64,000 bases of DNA from Dyadobacter sp. (GTDB lineage Bacteria; Bacteroidota; Bacteroidia; Cytophagales; Spirosomataceae): positions 3,401,592 through 3,465,591 of the forward strand of contig OZ257152.1 of the NCBI GenBank assembly GCA_965279265.1. Reading direction: 5' to 3'. Below, one piece after another: positions 9,661 through 19,751 of the stretch. A program made the position numbers and the translations under genes. Positions within the stretch are counted from its first letter, which is position 1. Each line of letters opens with the position of its first letter. Under the pieces are notes generated by a model that saw nothing but the letters and a program-made list of their open reading frames with translations, ran no database searches and had not been told where the DNA came from.

Positions 9661-12600
9661 CTAGGGCATCCAGACTAACTTGCCTTCTTTAATGATCCTG
9701 TCGATTGAATCTTCATTTGCTGTCAGTGACATACGATAAATGTACACGCCGGGAGGAAGATTTACGGGTTGCCAGAACGCTTCATTTTTGCCGGGAAGAA
9801 TCGTTTCTTCGATTTTTTTTACAAATCTTCCCGCCAGATCACTAACCACGATCTGCCATACGCCAGCGTTTTGACTGCCTTTTTCGAGATAAAACCGGAA
9901 CCAGAAACGGGAAGGATTTGGTGCAGCTCCGGTATCCACAACATCATCTCCATCCTGCACACGGAAGCGTATTTTGTAGGGTGTCGCTGCATTGTTACTC
10001 AGGTCGTTCGCTTTAACCGTAAGCATATATTGTCCGTTTTTTAAAGCAATTTCTGGTTGCAGATTTAATTGAAAATTGTTGGCCGGTAGACTTTTGGTTT
10101 TCGCGGACCGGAGGCTCATTCTTTGCTCGGGACAGGTTGCACAATTTTCCCTGATCCTAATCTCAATTCCAATGGTGTCAGAGCGAACAATCCATTTATT
10201 TTCATCCTTGATCTGAATGCCGATGGAGGGTTTTTTACTCACTAAATCGTTGTCCGTCAAATATCTGTTATCGATGGTAATAGTCAGAATAGGCGGTAGG
10301 ATATCCGGGAGGACGGTATAGGCAGAGGTTGCGTTATTATTGATGTGGAGTTCCTCAGGTAGCTCGCCGTGATTGAAATAAAGGGAAACCTGTTGGTCGC
10401 CAACCTGGCCTAAGCTGCCAATCTGATGTACAATCGTTCGAGTTTCGTAAGCTTTTAAAGGCGCTATTCTGATGATTTCCTCTTTCGTTTTGAACATGTA
10501 GGAATGTATTATCCGAATCAATATCGAATCTCTGAATCCTGTGCCGGTAATATTTTGCAGGTTGAATTTTGCATTGAAAACTTCCCCTTCCTCTATTTCT
10601 GCGAGATTTGACGCGTCCGCTAAAACAACGACCTCCGGTAGCACAACATCGCCATCTGTTTCCGGATCGTAATTGACGTTCCGTGTTTTCGACGGCCGTA
10701 GGCTGTCTGCTTCAAGAAATACACGCCAGTAAAGTTTTGTCGAAACGTTTTTTTGTATTGTAATTTTCTGACCGGCAATCCGGTTCCGGGCCTGCTTTGA
10801 GGCTTTAAATGAAGTAGTGAAATTTGGATTTGTATCCCATTCGAAAATGATGGCCGCGTTTTCACTACCCAAGGGCGTCTGTGCAACAAACTCTATTTCA
10901 TTGATGTTGGTTATGTCCCCGTTTTTTGGCAGCAGTGGAACTGCGCCATGCTCCGGAACAAGCACATTTGTTGTGACAACATTGTTGGATTCATCTTCCT
11001 CCGAAATTAGATTTTCGGGATCCAGCTCAAAACGCCATTCTTCCCGGCCAGAAGCACGGGAACTGTTTTGAAACCGGAACTCAAATGTTTCGGAATTGGC
11101 AATAACTGGGAATTGATATCTGAATATTTCGGTTGAATTATCTTCTTTTTTTCGTGTAAAAAGTAAGGTGCAATTCGGGGGTGTTACGCGTCCGTTATTT
11201 TGTATATTAATTTGGACTTCTATACTGTCGCTGAGAGATGTTTTTGTGGCCCCATTTATAATGGAAAAATTAAATCCCGAAAGGTCTGTTGTGTAATCCG
11301 GCAGAGATGCGGGGAAGATGCGGACGGCAGGGTCACCGTGGAGGTTCATCTGTTGCAGATTTGCCAGATCCGAAATTCCATGGCTTTTCGATAAATTCCT
11401 GCGGATCGCTTCCCTTTGAATTGTCCCGAAAGGCTCGCTTGTGAATGCGCTATCTGCAAAAACTTCATAGATTGATTCGGTATAGCGTTGCAATGAGGTG
11501 GAAACACCGTTAGATGTGTGGGCAAGAAACAATATTGCGCCACTTTTAGGCGCAAAAATCCAGTCGCTGCTGATTGTGTTTGGGGTAAAAAAAATACTGC
11601 CTGTTGCGCAACCGTTTACGATCACAGCCGGATACATCGGACCATTGTGGTAATTCCTTTCCGGATCACTTGCATAGCCAATGTCCAAATCTGTCACATT
11701 GATTTCAGAATGACCGAATAACGTCATCAGTGAAACACCTTGATTGACGGCAATGTCCAAAGGAAATTGTTCAACCGGATCGGTTGTTCTTTTTGAAATG
11801 GTTGTTACCGAAGCGCCCAGCGAGGAATTTTTTAGTTTTTTTTCAAATCCATTGATGTATTCCCGAAACAGCAGCAGCTCTTCTTCGGATCGTCCGCCGC
11901 TTAGATGGAGCACATTTTTACGCCAGCGTGCCGCCTTCGGCTCAGCTTCAAAATCCTTTACTTTTTGTAAATATATTCGTACCTGCTCCGCATTTTCCGC
12001 ATTAATTCTTCCAACTGCGACAGAAGGAATATAGGAATCTGCTGTTTCACCAGGCTCCGTGGCGAGGGAGAGGTCGGAACCCGGCCAGCCTGCATTTGGG
12101 ATCATGTCTGCGGTACGCGGCGATTTTTGTTTTCTGGCAGTCTGCGGATCTATCGATTTGCCAACCAGGAAAACAAAACGAAGTTTCCCATTCATATTAA
12201 GCCATTTTATTGCATTTCTGATTCCGGCAGGACCGGGATCGCCATAATTGAAACGGTCAAAAATTTCTTGTATGTTCATAATCAACGGATTGTAACTACC
12301 TCCTTCCGAAGAGGACCGATACGCTGCGTAAGCTGCAACAGGATCCGCTGTGGTGGATTCCCGGACAATCGGGTGGCTGATGAAAAGATAATCCGTAGTT
12401 AACTCAATGCCTGGGAACTTAACGATCCGCAGGCTTTCCGCCTTCAAATGGTCTTTTACAGCTATGACTCTTGAAGTTTTATAAATGTTAAGTCCTGAAT
12501 CTCCGATGGGCATTTCTTTCAGGTCATAAGGATCAGTACAATCAAAAAAGCGAAGGTTGGCCTGGCCGGAAAACTTCCATATTTTGTCTTGCATCGACGA

Positions 12601-13575
12601 GTCAAACGTAAACTCTTTTTGAGACTTGATTTTTGATAGACTTGTTTTTTGAGCGTAGTGCCAATCAATGGCTGAGACAGATACGGACCCGGTAATGTTC
12701 AAAACCGCGACGGAAATTTGTAGTTTTCCTGCGGCATCCAGATTCTCACGTTCCAAAGGAATTTTGATAGTTACAGCCTGATAGTCCTCTAAAACGAAAC
12801 TGTGGGGTTTTTTAGCAGGAATAGTGCTTCGTATTTCGACTTCATGCTTCCCTGCTGACCTGCCTACAATTGTAACTTCGGAAAAGGAATTGCTGAAATT
12901 TTCCCGAAATGGGTTTTCAGTTGAGATTGAAAATGTAGCAGGAGTTTCATTTTTTATTTCCCTTCCAGTCCATCCTTCACCTGTGTCATAAGTTGAAAGC
13001 GCGATTCCTGTGTCAAAACTACTTCCCGGCGGATAAAAATTGCCAGCCGAATAAAATGTGTTATAGAGCTGTAAAGATCTTTCGATGTGATAAATAAGCG
13101 TGTCCGTTGACAGCTTTATCGCTGCCGTTTTTATTCGTTTTCCTGTTACATTACGCGGTCCCCAGGTAAGGAAATAGGATGCAGTATCGGAATACAGGCT
13201 GTAGTGCGGGTGCGGCATCGCTCCGGAGCGGATGTATAGCAAAGAGTCCGCATTTCCATCATTTTTCTGACCGTAAAAATCAATGTATCCGTTGTTTCCG
13301 AGGATGTTGAAGTTGTCGTTTTTTACTTCAATACTTACCTCTTTTCCCCGCCTGAATAATTGAAGCGTAGTAGAAAAGATGGAGTCGGGCGAAATGCCGG
13401 CTGCGGACAGTTCGCTTGCAGAAATCCTGTAAAAACCTGTCTGAGATACAGGAATTCGTAAATAAGTTTGCTCCGGACGAATCCATTCGTTGCCAAAAGT
13501 TGTCTGACATTTGACTTTTTGGATACCCGCGCATTGCGCAATAACGATCAATAGTATGTGACAAATCCGCTTCAT
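9661..13575 (-). CDS. Peptidase C25 family protein, PorU-like paralog (putative second T9SS sortase), with a T9SS C-terminal domain
   Basis: I chose the ATG at 13575; the track start at 13581 is a TTG. The signal peptide is 'MKRICHILLIVIAQCAG'. The clan-CD His/Cys dyad context is 'LFGHSEINV' and 'VIVNGCATGSIFF'. The C-terminal 'GVYIYRMSL...GKLVWMP' looks like a CTD. Confidence 0.7.
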   Translation of the reverse strand: MKRICHILLIVIAQCAGIQKVKCQTTFGNEWIRPEQTYLRIPVSQTGFYRISASELSAAGISPDSIFSTTLQLFRRGKEVSIEVKNDNFNILGNNGYIDFYGQKNDGNADSLLYIRSGAMPHPHYSLYSDTASYFLTWGPRNVTGKRIKTAAIKLSTDTLIYHIERSLQLYNTFYSAGNFYPPGSSFDTGIALSTYDTGEGWTGREIKNETPATFSISTENPFRENFSNSFSEVTIVGRSAGKHEVEIRSTIPAKKPHSFVLEDYQAVTIKIPLERENLDAAGKLQISVAVLNITGSVSVSAIDWHYAQKTSLSKIKSQKEFTFDSSMQDKIWKFSGQANLRFFDCTDPYDLKEMPIGDSGLNIYKTSRVIAVKDHLKAESLRIVKFPGIELTTDYLFISHPIVRESTTADPVAAYAAYRSSSEGGSYNPLIMNIQEIFDRFNYGDPGPAGIRNAIKWLNMNGKLRFVFLVGKSIDPQTARKQKSPRTADMIPNAGWPGSDLSLATEPGETADSYIPSVAVGRINAENAEQVRIYLQKVKDFEAEPKAARWRKNVLHLSGGRSEEELLLFREYINGFEKKLKNSSLGASVTTISKRTTDPVEQFPLDIAVNQGVSLMTLFGHSEINVTDLDIGYASDPERNYHNGPMYPAVIVNGCATGSIFFTPNTISSDWIFAPKSGAILFLAHTSNGVSTSLQRYTESIYEVFADSAFTSEPFGTIQREAIRRNLSKSHGISDLANLQQMNLHGDPAVRIFPASLPDYTTDLSGFNFSIINGATKTSLSDSIEVQINIQNNGRVTPPNCTLLFTRKKEDNSTEIFRYQFPVIANSETFEFRFQNSSRASGREEWRFELDPENLISEEDESNNVVTTNVLVPEHGAVPLLPKNGDITNINEIEFVAQTPLGSENAAIIFEWDTNPNFTTSFKASKQARNRIAGQKITIQKNVSTKLYWRVFLEADSLRPSKTRNVNYDPETDGDVVLPEVVVLADASNLAEIEEGEVFNAKFNLQNITGTGFRDSILIRIIHSYMFKTKEEIIRIAPLKAYETRTIVHQIGSLGQVGDQQVSLYFNHGELPEELHINNNATSAYTVLPDILPPILTITIDNRYLTDNDLVSKKPSIGIQIKDENKWIVRSDTIGIEIRIRENCATCPEQRMSLRSAKTKSLPANNFQLNLQPEIALKNGQYMLTVKANDLSNNAATPYKIRFRVQDGDDVVDTGAAPNPSRFWFRFYLEKGSQNAGVWQIVVSDLAGRFVKKIEETILPGKNEAFWQPVNLPPGVYIYRMSLTANEDSIDRIIKEGKLVWMP

Positions 13576-13598
13576 TTCCAAGGACAGTAATGGTACCT

Positions 13599-14114
13599 TT
13601 AACCGGAATCTGAAGTTTTTCTTACGTATTGGTTCATTGAGAAAGCGTACGCGTGCTCGGGATCGATGCCATGATATTCGGAGCTGGTCAGTTCCCAGTC
13701 CTGTAAACTGACGGTCGGGAAAAAGGCGTCGCCTTCGACATGTGCGTGTACAATCGTGAGAAATAATTTACCGACAATTGATATTGCCTGTTCGAAAACA
13801 GAGGCGCCCCCGAGTATAAATACTTCGCTTTCAGTATTAAGTAACGCCAAAGCTTCACTTAAATCTTTTGCATACTCGGTCTCCGCGGCGCCATCATGTG
13901 TTTTAGCGCTAATGACGACATTTCTGTATGAGGAATGGAGCGCATCAGGGGCCTCAAAACTCTTTCTCCCCATTAGAAAAGGCTTACCATCGGTTAACCG
14001 TTTGAAATTCTTCCATTCGTCGGGAAGGTGCCAGGGCAAACGATTATTTATACCGATGACGTTGTTTTCGCTCATGGCAGCGATGATGTAAAGATTTGGT
14101 GTGTGATTACTCAT
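13599..14114 (-). CDS. folA: Dihydrofolate reductase
   Basis: 'IIAAMSENNVIGINNRLPWHLPDEWKNFKRLTDGKPFLMGRKSFE' is the canonical DHFR N-terminus. Confidence 0.9.
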   Translation of the reverse strand: MSNHTPNLYIIAAMSENNVIGINNRLPWHLPDEWKNFKRLTDGKPFLMGRKSFEAPDALHSSYRNVVISAKTHDGAAETEYAKDLSEALALLNTESEVFILGGASVFEQAISIVGKLFLTIVHAHVEGDAFFPTVSLQDWELTSSEYHGIDPEHAYAFSMNQYVRKTSDSG

Positions 14115-14411
14115 ATCAGATCGTTATGCTTTCTGTCAGATTTTTTCAATGATATTATACATGGTGTTCCGTAAATTATATCAATAGTTTTTTTCTTCCA
14201 AAATCGGGCCAGTAACATGGTTTGGAAATCGGCATTTGCGGCTTTTGTCGAGCAATCCGGCCGGGGAAATTAATATTACTATACGTTATACTTCAAAGTA
14301 TATGTTAACGTGCAGTTTTTCAGTATTTTGACTGATATTTCGCCCTGAAAAAGTGACTTCCGGTTTACTATTTTGTCTAACATTGAAAACTAACCTTCTT
14401 TTTTCTCAATT

Positions 14412-15224
14412 ATGGATCTCGAAATTTACAAATCGCAAATTGTTGCTGCTGTCACCCAGTATGGTGGTAAGATCGTTCTGGCAGTAATTGCCCTGATTAT
14501 TGGACGTATTATTATTGGTAAAATTACTGCGTTGATTGGGCGCATGATGGATAAAAGGCAAATTGATCGCGATGTTCAGCCCTTTTTAAATTCTCTGATC
14601 AGTGTATTGCTGAATGTTATGCTATTGCTGAGCATTGCCGGCATTGTTGGGATTCAGACATCCTCTTTTGTGGCTGTACTTGGTGCCGCGAGTTTGGCAG
14701 TTGGGTTTGCTCTTCAGGGCAGCCTTGCCAATTTTGCCGGTGGTGTACTGATCCTGATCTTTAAGCCATACCGTGTTGGCGACCTGATCAATGCGCAGGG
14801 TTTCACAGGTGTTGTGGAAGGAGTTCAGATATTTAATACGGTTCTTGTCACACCTGATAACAAGACAATTATTCTTCCGAACGGCGCGCTGTCGACTTCT
14901 CCGATCACGAATATTTCAGGAAAAGGCAAAATTCGGGTAGACATGGTATTTGCGGCGGGAAGTCAGAACGGCGTGGATAAGATCCGGACTTCGCTCAAAA
15001 AAGTCACCGACACGTGTCCGACTGCGCTGAAAAATGTTGAACATGATTTGCTTGTTACTAAAATTACCGAAAATGCAATCTTTTTTGATGTGCGGGTCTG
15101 GACGCCGAGTGAAAATTATTGGGACACTTATTACAGTGTAACGGAAGGAATCAGCAGGCAATTTGCTGCGGATGGCATTCAGGCACCGCAACCTGCCCAG
15201 TTGAGCGTGGCATTGAAGCAATAA
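14412..15224 (+). CDS. Mechanosensitive ion channel (MscS family)
   Basis: Three N-terminal TM helices are followed by 'ILIFKPYRVGDLI...G.V..V.IFNTVLVTPDNKTIILPNG', the MscS beta-domain signature. Confidence 0.85.
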   Translation: MDLEIYKSQIVAAVTQYGGKIVLAVIALIIGRIIIGKITALIGRMMDKRQIDRDVQPFLNSLISVLLNVMLLLSIAGIVGIQTSSFVAVLGAASLAVGFALQGSLANFAGGVLILIFKPYRVGDLINAQGFTGVVEGVQIFNTVLVTPDNKTIILPNGALSTSPITNISGKGKIRVDMVFAAGSQNGVDKIRTSLKKVTDTCPTALKNVEHDLLVTKITENAIFFDVRVWTPSENYWDTYYSVTEGISRQFAADGIQAPQPAQLSVALKQ

Positions 15225-15240
15225 CAATTTAAAGGGATTA

Positions 15241-15281
15241 ATGCCAAAAGGCACCGGGTGTTATCCGGTGCCTTTTGGCAT
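15241..15281 (+). terminator. Long hairpin after the MscS gene (probable terminator)
   Basis: ATGCCAAAAGGCACCGG-gtgttat-CCGGTGCCTTTTGGCAT is a 17-bp perfect stem. No clean T-run follows it. Confidence 0.5.
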
Positions 15282-15407
15282 TAATAAATACTGACTTATG
15301 AAATGCAAAATGGATTCAAAAGGTTTCCGGCACCAATTTCAGTAGCAAATTTTTGTAAGGAAAGCGTTCTTGGTCAAATCAGGAATCGAAAATCCGCTGT
15401 GTATTTA

Positions 15408-15415
15408 TACCTTTG
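15408..15415 (+). promoter_or_regulatory. -7 promoter box (TAnnTTTG) upstream of ffh
   Basis: TACCTTTG lies 43 nt upstream of the ATG. Confidence 0.4.
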
Positions 15416-15457
15416 TGAATTATTTCAGTCCAGATTCCGAATAATACATACATTTCC

Positions 15458-16780
15458 ATGTTTGAAAACTTACAGGATAAGCTTAATAATGCCTTTCGTA
15501 CCTTAAAAGGGAAGGATCGTATTTCAGATATAAACGTTGCTGCTACCACCAAAGAAGTGCGCAAGGCGCTTGTTGATGCGGACGTTAACTTCAAGATAGC
15601 AAAAGATATAACCGACCGGATAAGAGACAAAGCACTGGATCGTAAGATTTTGATATCTGTCGAGCCCGGCCAAATGTTTGTGAAAATCGTTCAGGAGGAA
15701 CTTACTGAACTAATGGGCGGCCAGGCCGAGGGCATTAATATAAAAGGTGACCCCGCGGTGATTCTGATAGCTGGTTTACAGGGATCAGGTAAAACGACCT
15801 TTACCGGAAAACTTGCTTATCTATTAAAAAAGCAGGGTCGGCAGGTTTTACTTACCGCCTGTGATGTTTATCGCCCGGCTGCGATAGATCAGCTCAAAGT
15901 ACTTGGTGAGCAGGTTGGGGTGGAAGTGTATTCCGAACCGGACAATAAAAACCCGGTAAGCATCGCTCAGAATGCGATTGCACACGCGAGAAAAATCGGA
16001 AAGAAAATTGTGATCGTCGATACGGCGGGTCGTTTGGCAGTGGATGAGGTGATGATGCAGGAAGTTGCGGACATCAAGGCAGCTATCAAACCGTCGGAAA
16101 TTCTGTTCGTAGTGGATTCGATGACCGGGCAGGATGCGGTAAATACAGCCAAAACTTTCAATGAACGTCTCAATTTTGATGGTGTCGTTTTGACCAAACT
16201 GGATGGTGATGCCCGAGGTGGTGCTGCGCTTTCCATTCGGCAGATCGTCGACAAGCCGATAAAGTACATCAGTACAGGCGAAAAGATGGAAGCACTTGAT
16301 TCCTTTTATCCTGATCGTATGGCGAGCAGGATTTTGGGGATGGGTGACGTAATCTCCCTGGTTGAGCGTGCTCAGCAGGCATTTGATGAAGATGAAGCGA
16401 AGCGTATCAACGCTAAAATGCGTCAGAATAAGTTTGATTTTGACGACTTTCTTGGCCAGCTTCAGCAAATCAAAAAGATGGGTAACGTCAAAGATCTGAT
16501 TGGAATGATACCCGGGATGGGCAGCGCGATGAAAGACATGGACATTGACAATGAGTCGTTTAAGCCTATTGAAGCGATCATCCAATCTATGACCAAAAAG
16601 GAAAGAGAAAATCCGGACATGATCGACGGTAGCAGAAAGAAAAGAATTGCAAATGGTAGCGGCACATCTATTTTACAAGTCAACAATCTGATCAAGCAGT
16701 TTGACGAAATGCGTAAAATGATGAAAAAAATGAACACCATGCAGGCAGCAGGGAAACTTGGAAAGGCGTTGAGGAAATAA
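15458..16780 (+). CDS. ffh: Signal recognition particle protein Ffh
   Basis: The SRP54 N and G domains are present ('GLQGSGKTTFTGKLA', 'DTAGRL', 'TKLDGDARGGAALS'), as is a Met-rich M domain. Confidence 0.95.
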   Translation: MFENLQDKLNNAFRTLKGKDRISDINVAATTKEVRKALVDADVNFKIAKDITDRIRDKALDRKILISVEPGQMFVKIVQEELTELMGGQAEGINIKGDPAVILIAGLQGSGKTTFTGKLAYLLKKQGRQVLLTACDVYRPAAIDQLKVLGEQVGVEVYSEPDNKNPVSIAQNAIAHARKIGKKIVIVDTAGRLAVDEVMMQEVADIKAAIKPSEILFVVDSMTGQDAVNTAKTFNERLNFDGVVLTKLDGDARGGAALSIRQIVDKPIKYISTGEKMEALDSFYPDRMASRILGMGDVISLVERAQQAFDEDEAKRINAKMRQNKFDFDDFLGQLQQIKKMGNVKDLIGMIPGMGSAMKDMDIDNESFKPIEAIIQSMTKKERENPDMIDGSRKKRIANGSGTSILQVNNLIKQFDEMRKMMKKMNTMQAAGKLGKALRK

Positions 16781-16833
16781 TAACCGGTTGAAAATCTGAG
16801 CCAATCCAAATACGTTTTACCTAATCGCATTTC

Positions 16834-17319
16834 ATGAAGCGAACCTTTCTGTTGACTTTTATATTTTTAGTTTTGACAAAAAGCCTGCTTTTTGCTCAGG
16901 CGTCTGTCGGCTATTACCCATGGAGCAATCTGTTATCCGTCAGCACAAATCCACGCAAGGTAGTTTGGGTAGATACGCGCTTTCAGACCAATTCGCTTTT
17001 TAGTAGTTTGAGCGTGGATATTTTGCCGATGATCAATTTGAAAAGAGGTGAAGTGGTGCAGTGGTATGTTGGCGGAGGATTACGGTTAAATCCACTTTAC
17101 CGTATCGCAGATGCCAAGGCAGATCTTGTTACCATTGATGGTTATTCGATTAACGTGGGCGTAAGAATAGCGCCGATTCCGCAGAACAGGCAGATACAAC
17201 TTGCGCTGGAACTGAATCCATATGTAAAGGATGATTTTGCCAGCGGCGTTTTGAAAAGCCACTTTGGTGTAGTTTATGTTTTTAAGAAAAAAAATAAAGA
17301 CAAACCTCTGGAAAATTAA
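16834..17319 (+). CDS. Hypothetical secreted / outer-membrane protein
   Basis: The signal peptide is 'MKRTFLLTFIFLVLTKSLLFAQ'. Alternating beta-strand-like composition is seen. No family was recognised. Confidence 0.5.
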   Translation: MKRTFLLTFIFLVLTKSLLFAQASVGYYPWSNLLSVSTNPRKVVWVDTRFQTNSLFSSLSVDILPMINLKRGEVVQWYVGGGLRLNPLYRIADAKADLVTIDGYSINVGVRIAPIPQNRQIQLALELNPYVKDDFASGVLKSHFGVVYVFKKKNKDKPLEN

Positions 17320-17366
17320 TTTTTTAAGCATCTGTCTTCATACGGCACACGCTGATATTAAAAACT

Positions 17367-17409
17367 AAAAAAGGCCTGAACGATTCTTTAACCATCGTTC
17401 AGGCCTTTT
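17367..17409. terminator. Bidirectional terminator between convergent hypothetical genes
   Basis: AGGCCTGAACGAT / ATCGTTCAGGCCT is a 13-bp stem flanked by an A-run and a T-run. Confidence 0.8.
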
Positions 17410-17464
17410 GGATATTGCTTTCAGCAGAAAAAACTAATGCTCCCGCATCTATCGCGCAGCGATA

Positions 17465-18130
17465 TCAGTTTCCTCCGCGACCGGCTTTGTAAGAATCGTA
17501 TTCCTGTAAAAGGCTGATCAGGTCGTCTTCGGCGGCGAAATCCAGTTGCTGCTCTTTGATGACGTACAGCATTTTGTTTTTCTCATCAGGCAGCAATTTT
17601 AAAAAACTATTTTTATCGCTCAGTTTTACCAGCGATAATTTGTCGTCTTTCAAAATATAAATCTTCGCATCGGGGTCCATTTCTCTGGTCGCACTCGCTT
17701 TTTCCTGTGTAATCTGACTCTTGTATTTTTTAAGCAGTTTGGTATTTCCGTCATACATGACACGGTAAAAGCTTTTGTCCGTGTTTCCGTCAACCGATGG
17801 GAACCCGTTTTTAAAAGTATAAAGATCTGTTCCGGTTGGAATTGTAAATTCTTTCACGCCTGTGGAAAGCCGGTAAAGTGCTGATCCCAGTTGATATTCC
17901 ACCTCGTCTTTTTTCAGGTCGTAGCGAATTTTTATTCCATCATGAATCTGCTCGTCACTTGTACGTATTGTTCCTGAATACCATTCTTCGAATAAATAAG
18001 GAGAACTCTTCGAATCGGTGTATTTGATCTCCTGGAAAGGAGTGCCTGAAAGCCCTGTCGAATCCTGGGCAACTATGATGTCAGTGATGCAGAGGATCAA
18101 AAGCAGACTGGTGAGACCTGAGTATTTCAT
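17465..18130 (-). CDS. Hypothetical secreted protein
   Basis: The signal peptide is 'MKYSGLTSLLLILCITDIIVAQ'. No family was recognised. It is followed by a bidirectional terminator. Confidence 0.55.
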   Translation of the reverse strand: MKYSGLTSLLLILCITDIIVAQDSTGLSGTPFQEIKYTDSKSSPYLFEEWYSGTIRTSDEQIHDGIKIRYDLKKDEVEYQLGSALYRLSTGVKEFTIPTGTDLYTFKNGFPSVDGNTDKSFYRVMYDGNTKLLKKYKSQITQEKASATREMDPDAKIYILKDDKLSLVKLSDKNSFLKLLPDEKNKMLYVIKEQQLDFAAEDDLISLLQEYDSYKAGRGGN

Positions 18131-18256
18131 AAGTAAATTTGATTAAATTATAAGTTCGATTGGTACTAAAATGCTATTTTGGTAAAAAGTTAGGGAAATT
18201 GAATCTGATAACGGCTTAATTCCTGTCGTTGTCTTAGATTCCCTACCATCTTTATG

Positions 18257-18264
18257 TACTTTTG
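18257..18264 (+). promoter_or_regulatory. -7 promoter box (TAnnTTTG) upstream of the NuoN-like gene
   Basis: TACTTTTG lies 24 nt upstream of the TTG start. Confidence 0.35.
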
Positions 18265-18287
18265 CCAAAAAAATTGTACCCGCATAA

Positions 18288-19745
18288 TTGGACATTAACG
18301 AACAGCTCTTTCATATCCGCCAAAGTTTGGGAGGAATAGTACCTGAAATCTTTTTAGGCCTTTTTTTCTGTTTATTTCTTTTTTTTGAATTGCTCTTTGT
18401 CAAACAGCTCGGAAAGGAACGAGCAGCGAATTGGTTACAGAATATTGCCTTTTTGGGGAGTTTGGTGACCTTATTGCTTGTTCTGGGACAGTGGAATGCC
18501 GAGCCCTCATACCGGTTTCACCCGCTTCTTTTTCTGGACAGACAGGCAGTTTTTTTTAAATTACTCATCGTAATTGCCTGGATGTTCACGCTTGTTCATG
18601 TACGTATCCTAAAATACGACTTTCCCCATGAGTTTAATGCCTTGCTGATTGCCTCCGTTGCCGGTCTCCATTTGCTTACAATGTCCACGCATTTGCTGAC
18701 GATTTATATTTCTCTAGAACTTATTTCAATCAGCTCATACCTGCTTGTGGCAATTTCTCCATACAAAAAGGCGGCAGAAGGAGGGATTAAATATTTACTT
18801 TTCGGTGCTGCAAGTTCAGCGGTCATGCTGTACGGCATCTCTCTGATTTACGGTATTTCGGGCACAATGGATATTACCAGTAACGTCATGACGGAGGGGT
18901 TGATGAACAATTCGGCGCTTGTCATCATTGTTTCAATCGTACTGATGCTTGCGGGTTTACTTTTCAAATTGTCACTCGTTCCTTTTCATGTCTGGACGCC
19001 TGATGTTTATGAGGCCGCTCCCACGCCTTTGGTTTCGTTTTTATCTGTTGCGCCAAAAGTGGCAGTTGTTTTGGTTTTGATGCGGCTGGCGGGTGTTTTG
19101 CCCGCACAGTATTTTCCTGTTTTGGGTGGAATCGCGCTGATTAGCATTACTGTCGGAAATGTGGCCGCGCTTTGGCAAAGCAACGCGCGTCGTTTACTTG
19201 CCTATTCTTCAATTGCCCAGGCTGGCTATTTATTGGTAGGAGTGGTGGCTTACAGTAAATTTGGTTTTGAGACAGCGGTTTTTTACACTGCTGTTTATTT
19301 GATCATCAACATGGCAGCTTTCTTTTTGATTGACCTTTTGCAACCACAATCGTCAACAGATCTGGCATCGTTCGCAGGCTTGGGTAAGAAGCAGATTTGG
19401 ATAGCAGGCGTGCTGACTGTGGTGATGGTTGCGCTGGCGGGTTTACCGCCAACGGCAGGATTTTCCTCCAAATTATTGATTTTTTCCTCACTTTGGGATA
19501 GTTACCATCAACAGGGATTGCCATGGATGTTGTGGCTGCTGATAGGCGGGATACTGAATGCGGCCATTTCTCTGGGTTATTATCTGAGGCTTCCGTATCT
19601 GTTGTTTTTTAAAGAAACCGGAGCGCTAGCAATATCATCAGACAATGGTGTATCGGGTAAAGTTATTGCCGGTGTATTATTGCTGATTATACTCGCACTG
19701 TTCTTTAATCCGGAGTTGCTGATGTCCTGGGTAACTTCGTTTTAA
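18288..19745 (+). CDS. nuoN: NADH-quinone oxidoreductase subunit N-like (Mrp/complex I antiporter-type) membrane protein, stand-alone
   Basis: It has a TTG start and about 14 TM helices. NuoN/ND2 motifs 'GGIKYLLFGAASSAVMLYG' and 'KLSLVPFHVWTPDVYEAAPTP' are present. No other nuo genes flank it. Confidence 0.75.
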   Translation: MDINEQLFHIRQSLGGIVPEIFLGLFFCLFLFFELLFVKQLGKERAANWLQNIAFLGSLVTLLLVLGQWNAEPSYRFHPLLFLDRQAVFFKLLIVIAWMFTLVHVRILKYDFPHEFNALLIASVAGLHLLTMSTHLLTIYISLELISISSYLLVAISPYKKAAEGGIKYLLFGAASSAVMLYGISLIYGISGTMDITSNVMTEGLMNNSALVIIVSIVLMLAGLLFKLSLVPFHVWTPDVYEAAPTPLVSFLSVAPKVAVVLVLMRLAGVLPAQYFPVLGGIALISITVGNVAALWQSNARRLLAYSSIAQAGYLLVGVVAYSKFGFETAVFYTAVYLIINMAAFFLIDLLQPQSSTDLASFAGLGKKQIWIAGVLTVVMVALAGLPPTAGFSSKLLIFSSLWDSYHQQGLPWMLWLLIGGILNAAISLGYYLRLPYLLFFKETGALAISSDNGVSGKVIAGVLLLIILALFFNPELLMSWVTSF

Positions 19746-19751
19746 ATGAAG

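Noticed and set aside
15848-16585. A 245-aa minus-strand ORF inside ffh. Similar long antisense ORFs occur at 53935-54555, 54695-55177 and 55301-55783 (in pspC), at 44360-44815 (in the SDR gene), at 51104-51574 and 51504-51944 (in the aminotransferase gene), at 60929-61318 and elsewhere.
   Set aside because: All are fully embedded antisense or out of frame within genes that have strong, full-length family signatures. Their translations are low-complexity or motif-free. They are shadow ORFs.
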